From the NCBI GenBank assembly GCA_963663965.2, contig CAXXFK010000042.1, positions 182,613-246,612 of the forward strand: DNA of 64,000 nt. Direction: 5' to 3'. The DNA comes from Sedimentisphaerales bacterium (GTDB taxonomy: Bacteria; Planctomycetota; Phycisphaerae; Sedimentisphaerales; SM23-30). The notes under the pieces are model-generated. The model was not told the origin of the DNA. It searched no databases and was given only the letters and a program-made list of their open reading frames with translations. Position numbers and translations under genes: made by a program. This document shows positions 1 to 11,800 of this stretch, piece after piece (position 1 is the stretch's first letter; each line of letters opens with the position of its first letter).

Positions 1-151
1 GCAAATCTGTGCCATGCGTATCATCGGTGTTTTTTATAAACACTACAAAGATCATATTGACTGGTAGGCGATATCGTTCCTTACCAGATAGTTATATTGA
101 ACGTTCTTTGGAGCCAGAAATATCAGGACTCCTTATTATCAGGATAAATCA

Positions 152-1580
152 TTGAAACCAATCAACAAAACCAAGATCGTTGCGACACTGGGGCCCGGCC
201 ACCTCAACGGTCGATGCCATCGAACGCCTGATCGCCGAAGGGGTCGATATCTTTCGGATGAACTTCTCCCATGGTACCTTTGACAATCACGGCGCTTTAC
301 TGGATGCCATCCGAACCGCTCAAAACCGTGCCGGGCGGGTCACTGCCATTATGGGCGATCTCTGCGGCCCCAAAATCCGCACCAGTCCCATCGAGTCCGG
401 TCCCGAAATCCAGCCCGGTCAGCGTGTCACGATCCTTCGTGGCGACACCCCAGGTACCACGCAGCGTTTCGGTTCCAATTACGAAGCATTGGTTGACGAA
501 CTGGCGGTTGGCCATCGCGTTTTTATTGACGATGGCCAGATCCAGCTCCATGTCGTCGAATCCCGTCCCGACGAAATTATCTGCGAGGTGATCCACGGTG
601 GTCTTATCAAAAGCCGCAAAGGGATTAACCTGCCCGATACCAATCTCTCCACCTCTTCCATTACCGAACGGGACTGGTCTTTTGTTGACTGGGCCATTGA
701 ACATCAACTCGATTTTCTGGCGCTCAGTTTTGTCCGTTCGGCTGACGATGTCCGCCGCCTCAAAACCTACCTTGCCGGTAAACAGGCTTCCATTCAGGTT
801 GTCGCCAAAATCGAAACCCCACAAGCTATTGCCGATCTGGAAAACATCGTGCGTGAGTCCGATGCCATCCTGGTCGCCCGCGGCGATCTTGGGGTTGAAA
901 TGGACCTGGCCGAAGTTCCCATCCTGCAAAAGCGCATGACCCATCTATGCCGCTCCCTCAACAAGCCCGTTATCGTCGCCACCCAGATGCTCCAGAGTAT
1001 GATCGAATCACCCATGGCCACCCGCGCCGAGGTCTCCGATGTGGCCAACGCCATCATGGACTATACCGACGCCATCATGCTCTCCGGCGAAACCGCTGTC
1101 GGCCAGTTCCCGGTTGAAGCAGTCCGGACCATGGGCCGCATCGCCCGCATCACCGAATCCTGGATGGATGCCGAACCCTACATTGCGCCACCCCGTCTTG
1201 AAGTTCGTTCACAACTTGAAGTGGCCGAGTCTTTTATTATTGCCGCCGGCCGCATCGTCGAGCAGGCCCGGGCCGGCTTACTGGCCATCTGGGATGAAGA
1301 AGGGACCCGGGCGCCTCTTATCAGCAAAGCCCGCATCGATACCCCGGCGCTGGCTTTCTGTTCCGAACCGCGGATTGCGGCCCGGCTGGCCATGTCTTAT
1401 GGGATTGTACCACTGATCGCCTCCCGGCCCGATTCCATCCAGTCCTTCATCGAGATCATCGAAGCAACCGCCCTGGCCAATCAATGGGCCCATCGCGGCG
1501 ATCGGATCGTCATCATTGCCTCTCACGCACCCGATCTCATCGGCAACTCCGAAGGTATTTTTCTCCATCACATCGATTAA
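152..1580 (+). CDS. pyk: Pyruvate kinase (apparent +1 frameshift at GGGG 190-193)
   Basis: ORF 180-1580 has PK motifs [51 protein letters not shown]. The conserved N-terminus (KTKIVATLG) is read from TTG 152, behind AGGA 141-144, in another frame. Removing one G restores ...IVATLGPATS. Confidence 0.95.
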
Positions 1581-1599
1581 GTTTAACGCATTAAGTAAG

Positions 1600-2827
1600 T
1601 TAACCTTTGATATCATAAGCCATCAGCGCATCTCCGTGCCGAATATACAAAACGCCGTTGGCAATCGTCGGATGCGCCCAGTGCTCATTAGTCCCGGCGG
1701 TGATCTGAAACTGGCTGATCAGCTTGAATGAATCTTTGCCGGGTTGTACCAGATACATCGTTCCATCCTGGCCATACACATACAGCATGCCATCCGCCGC
1801 CTCCACAATCCCCTGTTTGGTAACCGGTGCGTTCCAGAGCGGTTTGCCGGTCTTCCAGTCCAGGCATACCAAACCCCGGTTCCCGCTCTGCGCCGTTCCG
1901 TAGATACACCCATCCAGCAGCACCGTTCCCTGCATCTGACAATCCAGTGTCTTGTCGGTCCATTTCGGAGTCTCTCCCGTGCCGTCACCCGCCAGCGCCA
2001 GCATTGCGCCGCCGGTACCCATACCGGATGAAATATACACCATCCCATCATTATAGAGCGGTGGATTGGGCTGAACCCCGGCCCGATGTGGATATTCATG
2101 CTGCCAGACTACCTTGCCGGTTCCTGCATCCACCCCGACCGCTTCATTAGCCAGCATGGTTAAAATTACCTTCTGTCCTTTATTCTCCACAACTCGCGCC
2201 GAACAATAGCCGGTCGCTTGTCCCAATCCCCGGCTCTGCCAGATCGTCTCACCGGTGTTGCGGTCCAGCGCCACCAGCGACGCGTCCGGTCCGCCCGGCG
2301 TACAGATAACCTGTTTCCCATCCACCAGCACCGACTCGGCAAAACCAAAGCGCGCCTGTTGCGCGCCAAAACGCTCGATCAAATCCACTGTCTTAATCGC
2401 CTCATGGGTTTTCGTATCGATGATTACCAGCTTGGCAAATCCCGTCATTACGTATATCCTATCCCGGTCCACTGTTGGTGTGCCCCGGGTTCCTGCCACC
2501 GATGGCCCGCGCTTGGCCAGTTCCGGTCCATAGCCCAGTTTCCATTTCAGTGTGCCATCCACTCCATAGGCATACAGAAAACCCTGTTGCTCACCATCCA
2601 TTCCCGTCACATAGACGGTTCCATCCGCTACCACTGCTGAGGAATACCCATCACCCAATCCCGTCTTGCACCAAAGCGGCTTGAGCCCATCCGCCGGCCA
2701 TTGTTTTAACAATCCGGTTTCCGTAAAGATCCCATCACCGGCCTGTCCCGAAACGAGGACAATCAGCGCTCCAAACCCAAACACATATTGCCAGTAAAAC
2801 CACAACTGTCAGAATAGCCCGTTTCAT
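1600..2827 (-). CDS. Secreted PQQ-binding-like beta-propeller repeat protein (BamB-like); apparent frameshift near 2747-2753
   Basis: ORF 1600-2805 has repeated W-x...ALD-x-x-TG-x-x-x-W propeller blades and ends in HWAHPTIANGVLYIR. ATG 2827 (SD AAGGA) gives the signal peptide MKRAILTVVVLLAICVWVWSA-DCPRF in another frame, which joins GQAGDG. Confidence 0.85.
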
Positions 2828-3097
2828 AGCCGTTTTCCTTATGTAATGAGCCACTATTGGTCAATGCACGGAGAAAAATCGCTCTCATACACACTGATCT
2901 ATCATAATCCCGTAAATGTCTGACGACCACTAATTTTCTGAAATACCCGTAATTCGGATATTAGACTTTATGTTGGCTATTTAAATATAAAATCAGATTT
3001 TTTGTCTTTTTGATTGCAACTGCTAGTCGGTTCTTTCCTGTTTAATTGGCGGTTTCAGCTGATTTCAAATTACGGCCTGTTTGTTCAAGAGTATCTC

Positions 3098-4469
3098 TTA
3101 AATTTTCCAGGGCGCTCTCAGCGGCCGGTCAAGCCGCTCGGTTGCCTCTGCGTCATTGATGATCGTCTCGGTTTTTGGATTCCATTCGATCTTGCGTTTC
3201 AACCGGATCGCGATATCGCTCAGATGCGAGATCAAGTCCGAGTTGACCGCCGATTCAATGGAATTAATCGTCGGCTGCCGGTTTAAAATACCATCCACAA
3301 AATTACCCTGCTGACTCACGCTCACATACAACGGCGTATCGTTTGGTTTCAGCTTGGTCCGCAGCATTTCCGGATCGGAAAAATGCAACCCGGCCCGGTC
3401 CACGCTCACCCAGCCTTCCGTCCCGAAAAAGGTGGTTCCATGATCATGGAAATTCCGATATGTCACTACCGGCTGCGCTGTGAGCGTATCCATGAAACGC
3501 ATTTTAACGCCATTGGCATAACGGCAGTGGACATCCCATTCCGCGATGGTGTCGAACAGACCACCTGTGGGAATAGTTCCGGTCCCTTCGTAGGAAACCG
3601 GCGCGCTGTCATCGCTGTTGTTGCCCCATTGCGCGATATCGAGCGGATGCGCGCCCCAGCCGGCGATAAATCCCAGCGCGTTGTCGTACACGTGATACGT
3701 ACCCCAGCAGGTACAGCGCGGCTCGCAGTAAGGCGACTTCGGCGCCGGCCCCAGCCACATCTCATAATCCAGATCCTCAGGCACCGGCAGCGGGGCGGTC
3801 TTGTTATGGAACTGGTCAAAGACGGCTTTATAGTTGCCCGGCGCCCGCATTCCCGAACACCACGCCTCGATTCGCTGCAACTCTCCGATATACCCGTTGC
3901 GTACCAGTTCACAGGCAAACCGGAAATTCTGACTCGAACGCTGCTGGGTGCCGTATTGAAAGACCGCCTTTTTTTTATTGATCAACTCACGCAGCTTCCA
4001 TGCCCAGCGCATCGCCACTCCCAGCGGCTTTTCGATATAGACATCCTTGCCCGCCGCCACCGCGTACATCCCCAGCGGCACATGCCAGTGATCCGGCGTC
4101 GCGATCACCACTCCGTCAATCTCCTTATCCGCCAGCAGTTCCCGAAAATCCCCATAGGTCTTCACCCCTTTCCAGTCCGGTTTACCGGCCAGATCGGCGT
4201 AGCGATCCTCAATCGTTTTAGCTGCCTGGGCCCGCCGACTGGCAAAACAATCGCAAAACCGCCACCGATCGCGCATTCTTCAAATTCAAACAGTTCCGCA
4301 GCAACCCGCTGCCCTGACCGCCCACCCCGATATGGCCCAGTACCGCCCGCTCACTGGGCGGTGGTGTCTCAGTGCTGCCCAGGACCGAAGCGGGTACAAT
4401 TGCAGGGGCAGCGACAGCCAGGGCGGAAAACTTCAAAAAATCTCTGCGTTTTAATGTGCTGTTAATCAT
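3098..4469 (-). CDS. Tat-exported Gfo/Idh/MocA family oxidoreductase; apparent +1 frameshift at 4255-4258
   Basis: ORF 4218-4469 gives a twin-arginine signal (KRRDFLK) and GHIGVGGQG. ORF 3098-4276 gives ATPDHWH, YIEKP and GTQQRS. Removing one T from TTTT joins them as SVAV-CDCFASRR. Confidence 0.9.
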
Positions 4470-4622
4470 GGGAGTCTCCGGATTGGATGAGAATGGGTTG
4501 TTTGCATGGCTTATGATAGATTGTTGGTTGTGGTTTCAATTTCGTGGCGTTCCAACTGTCAGGAGGTGAGATCACAAGATTTTTCATAACGGATATCCTG
4601 AGGCATGATCGACAGGATCAAC

Positions 4623-5449
4623 TCAATTCAGCAGCTGTTTCAAATGAGAAAAGCTGGCAATCGCCTGCTCGACCGTGCCGCACTCAACACTGAAAACAAT
4701 ATCCCGGGATGATTGACGACAGATGTTAATGGTTTTTTGCCAGTCAATGACTCCCTCTCCACAGGCACAACCAACCGGTGTCCCGGTCACTTTTCCCCGT
4801 TCGGAGTCGGATTGTTGCATCGTAATGTCTTTGGCATGAAGGTGGATGAGCCTGTCGAGAACATGTTCCAGCCAGACATAGGGATCCTGGCCTCCCAGAT
4901 AGCCATTGCCGGTATCGAAATTGATACCAATAGCAGGAGAATCGACCAGACTGTAAATCCGGTCGAGGCCATCCGGTGTTTTGCTGTACTGTTGGTGTGG
5001 TTCCAGTCCGATTCGTATCCGCGCGCTTCGGCGACGACCGCCGCTTCCTGCAGCACGTAACGCATCAGCACATGATCTTCTGCAGAGGTGGTCCAGCCCG
5101 GTTTGGGGCCTTCGTCGGTATTGACAACCGGAGCGCCGCATTCCGCCGCGAAACGAACAGCCTGCTTGAGATATTCACAACTGATCTCCGGTTTGCATAA
5201 TGGACAATGAGAACTGAGCCCGGATAATTTGACCCCGGCTTTCTCACAGGCGCGTTTGACGCGGTACGGATCGTCCAGCATGGAAACGCTGTGAAAATAA
5301 CCCGCTTCGCTCAGCAATTCACGACCCCAGTGGACCATCGGCTCAACATATTCATAGCCGATTTCCGCCGCTTTTTCCACACCCCATTCGAAGGGCCTGT
5401 CCTCATGTCTGACAAATTCCAGGTTGATTCCGATTTTGATCTGTCCCAT
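4623..5449 (-). CDS. Sugar phosphate isomerase/epimerase (xylose isomerase-like TIM barrel); apparent -1 frameshift near 5019-5020
   Basis: N-terminal half in ORF 4787-5461 (ATG 5449 has a GGAG SD). C-terminal half in ORF 4623-5141 with GLEPH, NFDTGN, HLHAKD and SVEC metal-ligand motifs. Adding one base gives EARG-IRIGLEPH. Confidence 0.88.
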
Positions 5450-5769
5450 TTTTGGCTCCATTCATGATAATATGACACTTTTGATGGCGCTTGTTATCAG
5501 GTATTCATTTTAGATGAGTATTTAACCAGAATGCAAATCATTTTTTTGCTACCAGATATTACCGTTTCATCTGCTGCGGAATTTCGATCAAATTATCATG
5601 GCGTCTGATTATATTTATTTCAAACTATTCCATCAATTTGCAGACTTAGAATTTCAGATTACATAAAATTCCAAACGAAGCCAGTGATGTATCATAACGT
5701 TTGGATTCCGGCCCGATCTTCCATCAAGACGGGTGCTGCTAAACGAACCGAATGGATCCTCAGATGAAT

Positions 5770-5803
5770 AAAAAAAGGCATTTACCCATAAGAGTAAATG
5801 CCT
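5770..5803 (-). terminator. Rho-independent terminator of the giant surface-protein gene
   Basis: On the minus strand AGGCATTTAC-tcttatgg-GTAAATGCCT (10-bp perfect stem) is followed by a T run, about 35 nt after the stop at 5839. Confidence 0.85.
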
Positions 5804-5838
5804 GTTATCTATGAAGATATAGATTTTTAGCGGATAGA

Positions 5839-8800
5839 TTAATATCCGGTCACTGATCCCATCGCCGCTATCTGAGGATTGGTCGCTCCCACCACATAGG
5901 TTGAGAAGTGGGTGGTATTAAACTGGACCGCTCTCAGGGTCGAACTGACCGGGATATCCTTGATATTCGAGATACCCGACTGGCTCAACTCGCCGGTGTT
6001 GGGATTCAGCCAGTAAACCGTCGCGCTGACTTTCTGGCCGGCCGGTATGGCGTAGGGGATCGTAATCGTCACCGGACGAATGAATTCCATCTTGCTGCTC
6101 GGGCCAAATTCATAGAAGGCCAGCGACTGCAACTTGGCGCTCAAACGCGGGAAGTCGATCTTGGAGATACTCACGGTGACATCGGACCAGAACGCGTTGG
6201 CCGGCACGGCCAGTGAGACATCATTCACCGATTGGATCTGGCTGGTTGCCTTGCCGATCTGGCCGCCATCAGCCGCTACCAGTTCATCACGTTCCAGCGG
6301 TTGATTGTGGATTGCTGTTGAGGTGGCGCCGTAAATCGCGTTAACGCCATTACGGTCATCCACCCAGATCATATAGGGCAGGCCATTGCCATCGGCACAA
6401 ATCGCCGGACAGGTCTGGCTGGCAGCGCCGCCATCATCCGGGACAAAGACATTGGTACCAAACCGGCTGTCGCCTATCGGCATTTCACTGAAGTAAATGT
6501 CGTTGTCATTGTTATTACTCAGGTTACGCTGATCCTGCCAGCAGGTATACACCTTGCGGACCCCATCCACCGTACTCACGGCAATCGCCGGACAAACCTG
6601 AGCGCGATGGCTGGAATCATCCGATACCAGCGTACCATTGATCGAACCGGAAGGCAGATCGGTCAACCGGGCATATCGGATATCAAAATCGTTGGCAGCT
6701 TCATCGGACCAGATCAAATACAGGTTGCTAGTGACACTGTCAATGGTCACCGCCGGGGCGCATTGGGCCCCGGTTATTACCACAGATCACCTTATTCGTC
6801 CAGTTCGACTGCGTCGTTGACGTACCATAAATATCGCCGCCGTCTTTACGCTTGTCAGTCCAGAACACAAAGGTCTGTCCGGCCGGAGTCATTCCAACCG
6901 CCGGTTCGATCTGATCGGCAGTATGGCTGGTCAATCTGGCTTGCGAGCAGGTGGCAAAACCGTCTGCTGTGCTTCCCAGAACGATGTCCCAGTTCCCGGC
7001 TTCCTGATCCTGCCAGACCAGGGCGGCTTTCTTAGCCACATCCGGATCACAAGCCAGCGCCGGCGCTATCTGATCCTTATCCGATTCAGTCATACATACT
7101 GGAGCAGACCAGGTAACACCATCATCACTGGTGGTCAGGTAAATATCCCAGTTGCCATTGCGGTTATCCTGCCAGGCGACATAAACACTGCCATCAACAC
7201 CAGTTGCCACTGTCGGATTGCACTGATCCGCTTCATGATGGGTCAGGTTGATCGCAGTCGCAAATGACCAGGTATTGGCGGCAAGAGAACTCAAGTAGAT
7301 TTCTCGAGCGCCGACTGAGCCAGATTGCCAGACCGCCCAGATGGTGCCATTGCTGCCGCAAACAGTCTGCGGCGCGTCAGGTCCGGTATTGGTGGTCGAT
7401 AATGCGGCAGAACTGCTGGAACGGAACCGGTCATATTGAATAGCAGATGAAGAAACCGGCGTAACCGGGGTATTGCCGCCAAAACTGCGCATCTCGGTCC
7501 GGAAACTGAATACATAGGTTTCCATTTCGTTCCCGCTGTTATCGCTGGCGTCAATCGATACCGTGACTTCCTGATCGTTGGTAAACAGATCATCGTTCTG
7601 ATAGGTATACACGTAACGGGTAGAGCGTCCCTGGCGGCGGCAGACACCGCTGTCAGAATTATATTTAACCAGGTCACCCTGATAAACCAGTGTCCCTTCA
7701 ATGGTTATGGCGACACTGTTCAGGTCCAGGCCGGTCAGGATATCAGCCAGTTCGATCGTAATAACGGTGTTCAACGGCGCCTGGATACTGCCCGGAGCCG
7801 GAACCGTCTGAAGCACGACCGGTGGATCGTTATCAGGAGCGGCGGCCTTAACCGTAATGACTATCGATTTGTTTGTGGTCAATTCGCCATCGCTGGCCGT
7901 AAAGATAATAGTGTGTGTGCCCACCTGGGTTTGAGTTGGTTTCCAACTGAACCGGATTCCATTGAAGCTGGCTCCAGTTGGCAGACTTCCGGCAGTAATC
8001 GTGACCTGGTCATCATCCGGATCCGTTGCGTTGACGTTGAACGCCAGCGTATCGGCATTGCCCGCCAGGTCAAGTTGAACCAGTTGGTTACTCAATGCGT
8101 CAAATACCGGTGCACTATTTGAGACTATCGGATCCGCGGGATCTTCCGATACGGTAATCGTAATCGTCTGTGGTGTGGAAGCCTGGCCATCCGAGGCAGT
8201 AAAGGCTATCGGATAGCTACCGGCTTTTTCCGGTGAAACTGTCCAGGTCAGGGTATTACTGTTAAAGGTTGCACCTGCCGGCAGTCCACTGGCTGAAATC
8301 GTGATCGCATCACCATCGGCATCGCTGGCAGATACTACTATTGACAGAGTCGGGTTCGGTTGGGTATTACTGAATAATACCGTGCGATTATTCAAACCGA
8401 TAAATTGCGGCGCGGTATTGGTGGGAGTAGTCCCCCCACCGGTATTGCCGCCCCCAGTATTGCCGCCGCCGGTATCACCACCACCGGTATCCCCGCCGCC
8501 ATCGGTTGGAGCCGTGACGGTTATCGTAACCGGCTGGCTGGCAGAGGCATAGCCATCGCTGGCCACAAAGGTAACGGTATAAGTTCCGGCACTGGCAGGG
8601 GTCCAGCTAAAACTGTTACCATTAAAGACGGCGCCGGCCGGCAGGTTCAAGGCCTGATAGACTAACGTGTTATCAGTATCCGGATCGCTGGCTGTGACGG
8701 TAAAGGTCAGTGACGATCCCGCCGCAACCGTCTTGTTACTCAAACTTAATGAGGGTTCCCGGTTGATGTTATTAATGACGATTTCTACATCTTTATCAAC

Positions 8801-11800
8801 GGTGATAGAACCATCGCTGGCCGAGAATGTGATATTATAGAGACCTGCCTGTAAATAAGTTGGAGTCCAGATAAAGGTCGAACCATTAAAGCTCGCCCCC
8901 ACAGGCAATCCACTGGCGCTGAGCGTAACCGGATCATTATCCAGATCGCTGGCGCTGACCGTAAAGCTCAGGCTCTGGCCTTCTTCGTGGCTGACCGCAT
9001 CGGCGGCCGTTATAACTGGAGGCCGGTTGGCATTTCCAACTGTGATAATCACAATTTGCTGGTCCTGGCTGGTTCCATCAGATACAGTTGCCAGAACACT
9101 GACCGTGCCATCCTGACCAGTTGTAGGTTTCCAGCTGAATGTCCGGCTGGTGGCATTAAAACTGGCGCCGGTTGGCAAATTAGACATGGTATAGGTCAAT
9201 GGATCGCTGTCGGCGTCGGTTGCACTTAAGGTGAAAGACAGTGTCTGGTCGGTCATAGCCTGCTGAGCGGCGATATTAGCCAGTACTGGATCACGATTGA
9301 CATTATTAACGGTAATCCCAACGGTGCGATTGATGCTTTCGCTGCCATCAGACGCCCTGAAAGTTATCAGGTAATTTCCCGCCTGACTGTAACTGGGTGT
9401 CCAGTGGAACAAACCGCCGGAATAGCTGGCGCCGGTGGGAAGATTGGAGGCGGTGATACTGACAATATCGCCATCCGGATCGGTGGCGCCCAGATTAAAC
9501 TGCAGTAACTGGTTTTCTGCCACGGTCTGATCCAGTAGCGTGGACCAGACTGGGGCACGATTCACGTTAGTTACAGTAATATTTACCACGCTATAGGCAT
9601 AGGAAGTTCCATCCGTGACTAAAAAGTATTGTTCGTACTCGCCAGCCTGGCTATAACCCGGTGTCCAGGTATAAGCATGGGTGGTTAAATCAAACGTTGC
9701 CCCACTGGGGGCGACACCGGCGTAAAAGGTCAATATATCGCCATCCGGATCGGTCGCGCTGACCGTAAAAGTCAGGGTTTGATTTTCCGCAATGGTCTTA
9801 GCCGGGATGGCCGTCAGTACTGGAGGACGATTCACATTGCCCACGGAAATAGTAACGGTTTCGCTATCGGTAGCGCCGCCGGCATCGCTGACGGTAAAGA
9901 CCACGCTATAGGAACCATCGCTGCCGTTACCGGGAGTCCAGCTAAAGGTTTTATTCGTCGCGTTGAAACTGGCGCCGGTTGGCAAGCCGCTGGCGCTGTA
10001 GGTCAGGGCCTGACCTTCGGGATCGGTCGCGCTGAGACTGAAGCTCAAAACCTGGCCTTCATCGACAGTTTTGGCGCCAATGGCCGCCAGAACGGGTGGC
10101 CGGTTCGTGTCGGTTACAGTGATGGTGACGGTTTCCATGGCCGATTGGTTGGCCGGATCTCTCACGATGAAAGTAACATTATAGCTGCCGGCATCGTCAT
10201 AATCGGGTGTCCAGCGAAAGACGCCGTCAGTCAGGGTCGCCCCAACGGGACTGTTGCTGGCCTGATAAGTCAGGGCATCGCCATCCGGATCGGTGCCATT
10301 AATGGCAAACTGCAGAGCGGAGCCTTCCGCTACGCTCTTGGCGCCAATGGTTGGTATGGTCGGAGCCCGGTTAATATTGGTGACGGTAATCGTCATGGTG
10401 TCGCTGTCACTGCCGCCATGCGGATCCGTAACCGTAACCGTCAGTTCATGGACACCGGCGCTGTCATAATCCGGGAACCAGATAAAGGAACGATATTGAC
10501 TGTTAAAGGTTGCGCCGGTAGGCATTGGGTCGATACTGTAACTTAAGGTGTCTTCATCCGGATCGCTGGCGCTCAGACTGAATGAGACAATACCGCCTTC
10601 AATGGTTGTTTTGTTTACCAGTGCGCTCAGAACAGGTAACCGGTTGTTGTTGTTAACATTAATGGTTATGGTTTCGCTATCAACGCCGTTTTTACCGTCG
10701 CTGACCGTGATAGTAACCGGATAACTGCCCGCCTGGGTATAATCCGGCGTCCAGGTGAATACCCGGGTACTGGTATTGAAACCGGCTCCGGCAGGCAACT
10801 CACTGGTTGACCAGATTAATGTGTCCCCATCGGAATCGGTAGCGTTGGCCGTAAAGCTCAATGCATTGTTTTCCACCACGGTTTTATTCCCAATCGCCGA
10901 TAAAACCGGGGAACTGTTGCCCGACCAGTCTGCAACTGTAATCGTAATGGCTTTGCTACTGCTGGCCGTACCATCACTTACTGAAACATTCAAGGTGTAC
11001 TGGCTGTTGGTAGGCAGACTATCTACGCTAATTGGGAAAACCTGAGACGTACTGCCGCTTTTCCAGCCGGAATAGGTATAGGTCAAAGTCTCACCATCGG
11101 GATCGGTAGCTTTCTCTACTTGATCGTAGGTGAGTGGATCACCTTTGTTAATGGTCATGCTTGATGGAATGGTGGTTACTACCGGCAAGCGGTTGACATT
11201 GCTGACCGTTACGGTTGTTGTGCGGTTGATCGTAGCAGTACCATCCGTCGCGCTGAAACTCAGGTTATAGGTACCCGCCTGGCTGTAACTGGGTGTCCAG
11301 TTGAACGCGCCTGTGGCGGTATTAAAGGACGCGCCGGCGGGGGGGTTGGCCAGACTGTAGGTCAGGGTTTCATTATCCGGATCGGTCGCCGCGACGGTAA
11401 AGGCCAGCGTGCCGTTTTCCTGAACGGTCTGGTTACCCAGGACGGCCCATTGCGGACTACGGTTGACATTGGTGACGGTAATGACCATCGATTGATCTGC
11501 GTTGAATTCACCATCTGTTACCCGGAAGGTCAGGTTGTAGCTGCCCGCCTGGGTATAGGAAGGGGTCCAGGTAAAGGCCGAACCGCTCAGGTTGGCCCCA
11601 GTTGGTTTGGCTGTGGTCAGGCTATAGGTTAATGAATCGTTATCGGGATCGGTTCCTGCCAAGGTAATGCTAACCGCCTGGTTTTCAGTAACGGTCAGGT
11701 CGTTCAGAGCGGCCAGAGTGGGGGGGCGGTTGACCGCGCCCACTGAAATCATACAGACCTCACTGTCGCTGCCGCCTTTACTATCGCTGACACCGAAGGT

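Noticed and set aside
3383..4465. 360-aa plus-strand ORF
   Set aside because: Antisense shadow of the Gfo/Idh/MocA gene with no recognisable motifs; expected in GC-rich coding DNA.
152..6790. Programmed frameshifting or phase variation as the cause of the five frame breaks
   Set aside because: The runs are only 2-4 nt, there are no slippery heptamers, the genes are unrelated (including housekeeping pyk), and clustering in one stretch fits sequencing error better.
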